NCBI GenBank assembly: GCA_964536865.1
Contig: CAZHYN010000002.1
Span: 608 to 64,607, forward strand
DNA length: 64,000 nt
Origin: an uncultured Planctomycetia bacterium
Lineage (GTDB): Bacteria > Omnitrophota > Gorgyraeia > Duberdicusellales > 4484-171
Direction of reading: 5' to 3'
Of this stretch, positions 57,389-64,000 are shown in pieces (position 1 is the first letter of the stretch; every line of letters starts with the position of its first letter). The position numbers and the translations under genes were made by a program. The notes below the pieces were generated by a model. It was not told the DNA's origin, did no database searches, and saw only the letters and a program-made list of their open reading frames with translations.

Positions 57389-58306
57389 CTAAGCCTCCTT
57401 CTCTAATTGAGAATAATCTTTGGCACTCTCGAAATTGATCACTTTACTCTGGGGAGAAATCTTTCTTATTAACCCTCGTAAAATCTTAGAGGGCCCTATT
57501 TCCACGAAGGTAGTAACCCCTTTCTCTACCATAAATTCGACACATCTCCTCCACATTACGGGAGAAACTAACTGATTTAGAAGATTCCTCTTTAGCTCCC
57601 AAGCATGGTAATGAGAAGTAGCTGTGAAGTTGCTTACAATAGGAATCTTTGCATTCTTAAATTTTAGGTTTTCTATAACTTTTTCCAGCCTTTTTCTGGC
57701 AGATTCCATAAAAGGAGAATGAAAACCCCCACTTACTGCCAATTCTACTATCCTTGCTCCTAAATTTTTTAGCTCTCTTTTTACTCTTTCCTTATTCTCT
57801 TTACTCAAAGAAATAACCACCTGGTGAGGGGAATTAATATTAGCAATGTAGAAACCTAATTCTCCTTCTTTCTTCCTTAAATCCTCCTCCTTCATCCCAA
57901 TCACAGCTAACATTGATGAAGGATTCTCTAAACTAGCTTCCTCCATAGCTAATGCTCTTTCCTTAACCAAATATACTAACTCCTCCCACGCAAGAACCTC
58001 TGCAGGATAAAGACAAGTATACTCTCCTAAGCTTAATCCGGAAAGATAACTTATCTCTTTTAATATATTCATTCTCTTTTTTAATACCTCTAATCCAGCA
58101 ACAGTTACTACTAAAATCGCTAACTGCTGGATGTTGGTTTTTTTTAGCTCTTCTGGAGGACCTTGAAAACACACCTTAGCTAAATCAATACCTACAACTC
58201 CCTCGGCAATAGAAAAAATTTGCTTAGCTTCGGGGAATTCCTCATAGAAACTTTCCCCCATCCCTAAATACTGAGCTCCTTGTCCAGGAAAAACCAATGC
58301 CTTCAC
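57389..58306 (-). CDS. fabD: malonyl-CoA:ACP transacylase
   Basis: Motifs FPGQGAQ and GLSLGEY (active Ser) are present. Confidence 0.9.
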   Translation of the reverse strand: MKALVFPGQGAQYLGMGESFYEEFPEAKQIFSIAEGVVGIDLAKVCFQGPPEELKKTNIQQLAILVVTVAGLEVLKKRMNILKEISYLSGLSLGEYTCLYPAEVLAWEELVYLVKERALAMEEASLENPSSMLAVIGMKEEDLRKKEGELGFYIANINSPHQVVISLSKENKERVKRELKNLGARIVELAVSGGFHSPFMESARKRLEKVIENLKFKNAKIPIVSNFTATSHYHAWELKRNLLNQLVSPVMWRRCVEFMVEKGVTTFVEIGPSKILRGLIRKISPQSKVINFESAKDYSQLEKEA

Positions 58307-58307
58307 T

Positions 58308-59288
58308 CTATACCCACTTTATCACACTACTTCCCCAAACCAAACCCCCACCAAAAGCATCTAAAACTACCACATCTCCTTTTTTAATCCTACCTTCCTC
58401 CCAAGCTTCACATAAAGCCACTGCAGAAGAAGCACTAGACATATTTCCATAACGTTCAATGTTAACATATACTCTCTCTTCAGTTAATCCTAATCGTTTA
58501 GCTACTGCCGTGATTATCCTTATATTTGCCTGATGAGGGATAAGTAAGTCTATATCTTTTCTTCTTAACCCTGCCCTTTTTAAAGCTTTCTGAGCAGCTT
58601 CGACCATTATCCGTACCGCTATACGAAACAACTCATTACCCTTCATCTTTATATAATGGAGTCTCTCTTTTACTGTATCTGGAGAAGCAGGGCACCGGGA
58701 ACCACCGCCGGGAAGTATGAGAAGATCACTCTTAGAACCATCCCCTCCTAAATAAGCACTTAAGAAACCATCCCGATTGCTAGGCACTAATACTGCTGCT
58801 CCTGCACCATCTCCAAAGAGGACACAAGTAGAACGATCCTCCCAATCAGTAATAGAAGTGAGAACTTCGCTACCTACCACTAATGCATTCTTATAAAACC
58901 CGCCCTTTAAGAACTGCCAAGCACAGGTCAAAGCATAGACAAATCCAGCACAGGCAGCAGAGACATCGAAACAACAGGCTCTCTTTGCCTTTAGAGAATC
59001 TTGTAAATAACAAGCAGTGGAAGGGAACTGAGTATCAGGGGTAATAGTAGCAACGATTATTAAATCCAAATCTCTAGGCTTTAACCCTGCTCTCTTTAAA
59101 GCTATCAAAGAAGCTTCTTTGGCTAAAACAGAAGCAGGAGTGTTATTTTCCACTACGTGGCGCGTTTTTATTCCAGTTCGAGTAGTAATCCACTCATCAG
59201 TAGTATCTACCATCTTCTCTAAATCAAAATTGGTAAGAATCTTAGAAGGTAAGTATTTGCCTAATCCTACTATCTTGGCAGACCTCAT
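58308..59288 (-). CDS. fabH: beta-ketoacyl-ACP synthase III
   Basis: N-terminus AKIVGLGKYLP and active Cys region ACAGF are present. Confidence 0.9.
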   Translation of the reverse strand: MRSAKIVGLGKYLPSKILTNFDLEKMVDTTDEWITTRTGIKTRHVVENNTPASVLAKEASLIALKRAGLKPRDLDLIIVATITPDTQFPSTACYLQDSLKAKRACCFDVSAACAGFVYALTCAWQFLKGGFYKNALVVGSEVLTSITDWEDRSTCVLFGDGAGAAVLVPSNRDGFLSAYLGGDGSKSDLLILPGGGSRCPASPDTVKERLHYIKMKGNELFRIAVRIMVEAAQKALKRAGLRRKDIDLLIPHQANIRIITAVAKRLGLTEERVYVNIERYGNMSSASSAVALCEAWEEGRIKKGDVVVLDAFGGGLVWGSSVIKWV

Positions 59289-60273
59289 CCACCCTCCTCT
59301 TTATCTCTCTATTTAAGTCTCGGTTCAACTCTTGAATAGCTACTTTTATAGCATTCTTAACTGCGTAAGCATGAGAACGTCCATGGCCAATAATTACCAC
59401 CCCATCTATTCCCAAAAGAGGAGCTCCCCCGTACTCTGCATAGTCAGTAATTTTTTTAAACCCCTTTAGACTCTGTTTAACGAAAAGGAGTCCTAACTTA
59501 CCTAAGAACTCCTTCCTAGTATTATCTAATAGAAATCTCTCCATAGCTTCAGCAAATCCTTCAGAGACTTTCAAAACAGCATTACCTATATATCCATCAC
59601 AGACAATACAATCACATTTTCCTAAGAATATATCTCTTGGTTCTAAATTCCCTACGAAGTTTAAAGGAGCCTGAGTAAAGAGGCGGTGAGTACTCTTTAT
59701 AAGATCTGGACCTTTAGTAGCCTCCTCTCCTATACTAAGGAGACCTACACTGGGATTATTTTTCCCTAAAACTAAAGAATAGTAAACCGAAGCCATTATC
59801 CCATATTGAAAAAGGTGAAGGGGTCTTGGATCGATGTTTGCTCCTACATCTATAATTAAGCATACTCCTTTTAAAGTAGGAACTAATACAGCAATTCCTG
59901 CCCGCTCAATCCCCTCAATTAAACCTACCTCTAAAGTAGCAGCACACACTACAGCCCCAGTATTCCCACAAGAGACAAAAGCATCAATTTTACCTTCCTT
60001 TAGAAGAAGTATCCCTTTCACTATGGAAGAATCCCGCTTCCTCCTCACAGAAGAAACTGGAAAATCATTCATATCTATCTTCTCCTTTGCCTCCACTATG
60101 GAAAACTTACTCAGATCTATTCTCTCCTTTACTGCTTCTCTCTCTATCTCATCTTTATCTCCTATTAAAACCAAAGGAACGTCCAGTTCTCTAGCAGCTA
60201 AGTAAGCCCCTTTAAGAGGTTCTAGAGGTGCGTAATCTCCTCCAGAAATATCCAAACCTATTCTATACCCCAT
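59242..60273 (-). CDS. plsX: phosphate acyltransferase PlsX
   Basis: 343-aa PlsX family protein upstream of fabH, in the conserved order. Confidence 0.9.
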   Translation of the reverse strand: MGYRIGLDISGGDYAPLEPLKGAYLAARELDVPLVLIGDKDEIEREAVKERIDLSKFSIVEAKEKIDMNDFPVSSVRRKRDSSIVKGILLLKEGKIDAFVSCGNTGAVVCAATLEVGLIEGIERAGIAVLVPTLKGVCLIIDVGANIDPRPLHLFQYGIMASVYYSLVLGKNNPSVGLLSIGEEATKGPDLIKSTHRLFTQAPLNFVGNLEPRDIFLGKCDCIVCDGYIGNAVLKVSEGFAEAMERFLLDNTRKEFLGKLGLLFVKQSLKGFKKITDYAEYGGAPLLGIDGVVIIGHGRSHAYAVKNAIKVAIQELNRDLNREIKRRVDEVCQDSRIRQILTF

Positions 60274-60461
60274 TATTTTTTCTCTTTTTCTATAACTACT
60301 ATTTCTTTACCTCGGTAATACCCACAAAAGGGACAGACCATATGAGCTGGTTTTAGTCTTCCACACTCCTTACAAGGAACAAGGGTAGGGATACTTAATT
60401 TCTGATGCGTTCTCTTTTTTCTCGTGCGAGAGTGAGAATGTCTTCTCTTAGGGTGAGCCAT
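60273..60461 (-). CDS. rpmF: 50S ribosomal protein L32
   Basis: The N-terminus MAHPKRRHSHSRTRKKR and a C-x-x-C zinc ribbon are present. Confidence 0.85.
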   Translation of the reverse strand: MAHPKRRHSHSRTRKKRTHQKLSIPTLVPCKECGRLKPAHMVCPFCGYYRGKEIVVIEKEKK

Positions 60462-60482
60462 CTCCTCCTCCTCCTCTTCTTC

Positions 60483-60902
60483 TTAATTTGATTTTTTTGC
60501 ACACTGACATTGAGAATAATTTAAGTTTGCTCCACATCCTGGACATAATCCTTTACAGTCAGGACGACATAGTACTTTCATAGGAAATTCCAAGAGAATC
60601 TGCTCTCTTATTCTCTCGTCCATCTCTAAATAATCTCCAAGTTGAGAGATAGGATAGTAAAAATCAAATTTTTGGACTACCTTCTGACCTACCTCTTGGA
60701 GACATCGAGAGCAAGTTATTATACGGTGAGTAGTAACTTCTGTCTTTACTAAAATATCCTTACCTACTTTGAAAAACTCACAAACCATATGAATATCATC
60801 TACGAATTTTATATCAAAACTATCCATATCCCAACTCTGAGCAGAAATATCTTCTTCTACAAGGAGACCTTCCTGGGGAATTTTATTTATCGCTACTTTC
60901 AT
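60483..60902 (-). CDS. yceD: YceD/DUF177 family protein
   Basis: Conserved position upstream of rpmF-plsX and a C-terminal Cys-rich motif. Confidence 0.7.
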   Translation of the reverse strand: MKVAINKIPQEGLLVEEDISAQSWDMDSFDIKFVDDIHMVCEFFKVGKDILVKTEVTTHRIITCSRCLQEVGQKVVQKFDFYYPISQLGDYLEMDERIREQILLEFPMKVLCRPDCKGLCPGCGANLNYSQCQCAKKSN

Positions 60903-61374
60903 TAATCTTTCTCTTTAAAGCACGAAGAGAAACCAAAGGTAAAAATGCCTTTAGGTCCGCTCCCAAGCCAGCTGCTTCCTTGATTAAGCGAGAAGAAATA
61001 TAAGAATACTGAGGGTGAGGCATAAGAAATACTGTTTCTATTTCTGGAGCAAGCTTCCTGTTAGTTAAAGCCATCTGGAATTCGTACTCAAAATCAGAAG
61101 TCATCCGTAACCCTCGCAAAATTATCTTAATCTTCATCCTCTTAGCGAACTCTACCACTAAACCATCAAATCCTACTACTTTCACATTTCTTAAGCCCCT
61201 CACTGCTTTCTTCACCATCTCCTCTCGCTCAGGATAAGAAAAAAGGGTAGGTTTAGAAGGAGCCTTTACTACCGCCACGATGAGCTGAGAGAAAATAGAT
61301 GCGGCTCGTTTTATGATATCCAGATGACCTAAGGTAATAGGATCAAAAGTTCCAGGATAAAGAACCTTCTCCAT
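60883..61374 (-). CDS. coaD: phosphopantetheine adenylyltransferase
   Basis: Motif PGTFDPITLGHLDI (HxGH class nucleotidyltransferase). Confidence 0.9.
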   Translation of the reverse strand: MEKVLYPGTFDPITLGHLDIIKRAASIFSQLIVAVVKAPSKPTLFSYPEREEMVKKAVRGLRNVKVVGFDGLVVEFAKRMKIKIILRGLRMTSDFEYEFQMALTNRKLAPEIETVFLMPHPQYSYISSRLIKEAAGLGADLKAFLPLVSLRALKRKINESSDK

Positions 61375-61915
61375 TCTTTTTATAAATCAAAAGAAGAGTC
61401 TGACCATACTTTTTAGAGAGAACCTTAGAAAAACTCTTAAATATTCTATCTATGTTATCTTTGTAATAACAGACTGTTATTACCAAACCGTGAGAAGCTA
61501 ATATATCATATTCATCTAAGGTTTGCAAGGATTTTGTAGAAAGACCCTTATAGTAAGGAGGATCTAAGAAGATAATATCGAATTTCTCCTCTTGAGCGTA
61601 AAAATCCTTTATCGCCTTAAAAGCATCTTTAAGAACAAGAGTAGCTTTTGTGGAAGCCTTCAAGGTGGCCAGGTTCTTATAAATAGTATCTATGGAACTC
61701 TTTTTTATATCTACAAATACAACCTCACTTGCTCCTAAAGAAAGAGCTTCTATCCCTAAGGACCCTGACCCACTAAAAAGATCCAATACTTTAGCCTCAG
61801 CTACTTCCTCTCTTATTAAGTCAAATAGAGACTTCTTTACTCTTAGGGAAACGGCTCTTATCCCTTTAGGCACAGTCAAATACCGATTTTTAAAAATTCC
61901 TCTAATTACCTTCAT
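61343..61915 (-). CDS. rsmD: 16S rRNA (guanine966-N2)-methyltransferase RsmD
   Basis: Motifs VLDLFSGSGSLGIEALS and DPPY are present. Confidence 0.8.
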   Translation of the reverse strand: MKVIRGIFKNRYLTVPKGIRAVSLRVKKSLFDLIREEVAEAKVLDLFSGSGSLGIEALSLGASEVVFVDIKKSSIDTIYKNLATLKASTKATLVLKDAFKAIKDFYAQEEKFDIIFLDPPYYKGLSTKSLQTLDEYDILASHGLVITVCYYKDNIDRIFKSFSKVLSKKYGQTLLLIYKKNGEGSLSWNF

Positions 61916-63954
61916 TTTCCTATCAAAAAATCAAGGTATTCTTTTATACATCTATGGTAAGGTTTCCTAAGATGGGGGTCATTTTTTACTACCTGGTAAG
62001 CTAATTTCCTTGCCCATCTAAGATTATCTAGATCCTCCAAAGGGTTGGCTATCTTAAGATGAGGAAAACCCCACTGCAGGTGTCCAAAAAAATCCCCTGG
62101 GCCCCTTAATTTAAGATCATCCTCAGCAATTTTAAATCCATCGCTGGTCTCCTTGATAACCTCTATCCGCTTACGAGCATTCTCTCCTATATTTTCAGAC
62201 ATAACAACAATAAAGTAAGGTTTGTAAGTAGAGCGGCGAATTCTACCTCGTAGCTGGTGTAACTGAGAAAGACCAAATCTTTCGGGGTTCTCTACTACCA
62301 TCACCGTAGCATTCTCAATATTTATCCCTACTTCAACTACAGTAGTGGCAACTAAAATATTGATACGATTCTTCCTGAAATCTTCTACTATCTCCAACCG
62401 TCTTTTTTTAGGCATCTGTCCATGAAAGACTTCTATACGGAATTGAGTAAATATTTTTTTTAATCTCTCATACATCTGATTCAAAGAATGAATATCCTGA
62501 AGTCTGGATTCCTCAATAACAGGGTAAATTATGTAAGCTTGCCTGCCTTCTCTCAATTTATCTTTGATGAACCTGTATACCCACTCTCTATTTCCTTGAC
62601 TTACAACAATAGTCTGAGGCTGGTAACGGTTAGGTGGTAGTTGCTTTATGAGGGAAAGATCTAAATCCCCATAGAGGGATAAAGCTAAGCTACGAGGAAT
62701 GGGGGTAGCACTCATAATCAAACAATCGGGATTTTTACCCTTTTTAGGTAAAAGGGTACGTTGAGCTACTCCAAACTTATGTTGTTCATCTATTACTACC
62801 AAACCTAAATTTTTGAATTCTACATTCTCGTCAAGAAGAGAATGGGTACCTATAACAATGTTAGTTTTCCCTTCCTTTAAAGAAGTTACTACTTTTTTTC
62901 TCATCTTTTTAGAGAGGGAAGAAACTAAAACATCTATTCTAAATCCTAAAGGAGCTAGAATACTCTTGAAAGTCTGATAATGTTGAAAAGCCAAAACTTC
63001 AGTAGGAACCATAACTGCTGCTTGATACCCTGAATAAACACATACTCCTATAGCGAAGATAGCTACAGCAGTCTTACCTGAACCTACATCTCCCTGAAGG
63101 AGGCGGTGCATAGGATAGGGTTTTTTCATATCCTCAAGAATTTGAATAAGTGCCTCTTCTTGGGAAGAGGTAAGAGAAAAATCAAACCTTCTTCTAATCT
63201 TCTCTATAAAATCTTTATCTACCTTAAATGGTATTCCTTTAGTTAAAACTCTCCTTGCTTTTCTTAAGTAAACCATGATTTGAGAAAAGAACAGTTCTTC
63301 AAATATAAATCTTTCTCTGGCTAAATTAGCATCTTGAAATGTAGGAGGGTAGTGGATATTTTCTAAAGCCTCTCTTATGTTAGGAATTTTTCTCTCCTCT
63401 CTTATGTAGAAAGGAAGAGAATCGAAAAGCTGAGATGAAAACTTCTTTAGCCCCTCAAAGATTATCTTCCGCATCCTTTTCTGAGTAATTCCCTCTACAA
63501 GGCGATAGAAACCAACAATTCTCCCAAAGTTAAAGGAATCCACTGAAGAAAACTTCTCATATTCGGGAGAGATAAACTGAACATTCCCTTTAAAGAGAGT
63601 AGCTTTCCCATAAAGGAGAAGTTCGTCTCCCACATTTATATAATTTCTAAGATAAGGTTGATTAAACCATACACAGTTTAAGAAACCACTTCCATCGGAA
63701 ACAATTGCCTCAAAGATCTTTCTACCAAATAGGAAACGCCTAACTCCCCTTACATTCCTTGCCATAACTTTCCCTTTTACTAAAAAATAAGCACCTTCTC
63801 TTATGTCTTTAATGGGAGTTACATAGCGCCTATCTTGATAACGCAAGGGAAAATAATAAAGTAAATCTTTCCCACTATAAATCTTCAATTTTGCTAAAGC
63901 ATTAGCTAACTTAGGACCTATCCCTTTTATGTAACGCAAAGAAAGATCCTGCAT
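61912..63954 (-). CDS. recG: ATP-dependent DNA helicase RecG
   Basis: Wedge domain plus SF2 helicase motifs (GDVGSGKT, DEQH, SATPIPR and QLRGRIRR). Confidence 0.9.
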   Translation of the reverse strand: MQDLSLRYIKGIGPKLANALAKLKIYSGKDLLYYFPLRYQDRRYVTPIKDIREGAYFLVKGKVMARNVRGVRRFLFGRKIFEAIVSDGSGFLNCVWFNQPYLRNYINVGDELLLYGKATLFKGNVQFISPEYEKFSSVDSFNFGRIVGFYRLVEGITQKRMRKIIFEGLKKFSSQLFDSLPFYIREERKIPNIREALENIHYPPTFQDANLARERFIFEELFFSQIMVYLRKARRVLTKGIPFKVDKDFIEKIRRRFDFSLTSSQEEALIQILEDMKKPYPMHRLLQGDVGSGKTAVAIFAIGVCVYSGYQAAVMVPTEVLAFQHYQTFKSILAPLGFRIDVLVSSLSKKMRKKVVTSLKEGKTNIVIGTHSLLDENVEFKNLGLVVIDEQHKFGVAQRTLLPKKGKNPDCLIMSATPIPRSLALSLYGDLDLSLIKQLPPNRYQPQTIVVSQGNREWVYRFIKDKLREGRQAYIIYPVIEESRLQDIHSLNQMYERLKKIFTQFRIEVFHGQMPKKRRLEIVEDFRKNRINILVATTVVEVGINIENATVMVVENPERFGLSQLHQLRGRIRRSTYKPYFIVVMSENIGENARKRIEVIKETSDGFKIAEDDLKLRGPGDFFGHLQWGFPHLKIANPLEDLDNLRWARKLAYQVVKNDPHLRKPYHRCIKEYLDFLIGK

Positions 63955-64000
63955 AGTTAGGAGATACTCTTTACTAAATTATCCTCCACAAAAAACTTTT

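Overview
This is an AT-rich bacterial chromosome segment of roughly 33-36% GC. The genes are densely packed and almost all on the minus strand. An outer-membrane porin and the lipoprotein transferase Lgt indicate a diderm, and the GC-rich stable-RNA islands suggest a thermophile. Most of the window is housekeeping. It holds the phosphate regulon block phoB-phoR-porin-pstSCAB, a glycine-cleavage plus lipoylation cluster (gcvT-H-PA-PB, lplA/lipM, lipA), sufCB, ftsK, pnp-rpsO, nadE, lgt, dtd, queH, def, apbC, speH-speE, the rod-shape cluster (rodA-mrdA-mreDCB), leuCDB-asd, the yceD-rpmF-plsX-fabHDG-acpP-fabF cluster, coaD-rsmD and recG. The one accessory-like stretch is about 7.1-12.4 kb and carries the most interesting content. 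It contains a tRNA-Asn(GUU) gene (minus strand, 11080..11415) split between anticodon positions 35 and 36 by a 260-nt group I intron, whose P7 R and S core elements (CAGAGACUA and AAGAGAUAGUCC) can be read directly. A small GIY-YIG nuclease gene lies immediately 5' of this tRNA and runs into it in frame. A large serine recombinase and a divergent XRE regulator converge on the tRNA 3' end, overlapping it antisense. To the left of that pair are a secreted protein with tandem hexapeptide repeats, a half-size UPF0016 transporter, and a GC-rich hairpin island (7255-7700) whose hairpins resemble the peripheral hairpins of the intron. Smaller points are a stand-alone sigma-70 region-4 mini-protein inside the pho operon, a SpeH paralog in which the pyruvoyl-forming serine is replaced, and a PilZ-plus-membrane-protein pair downstream of mreB. 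No CRISPR array, rRNA or recognisable defence system is present.
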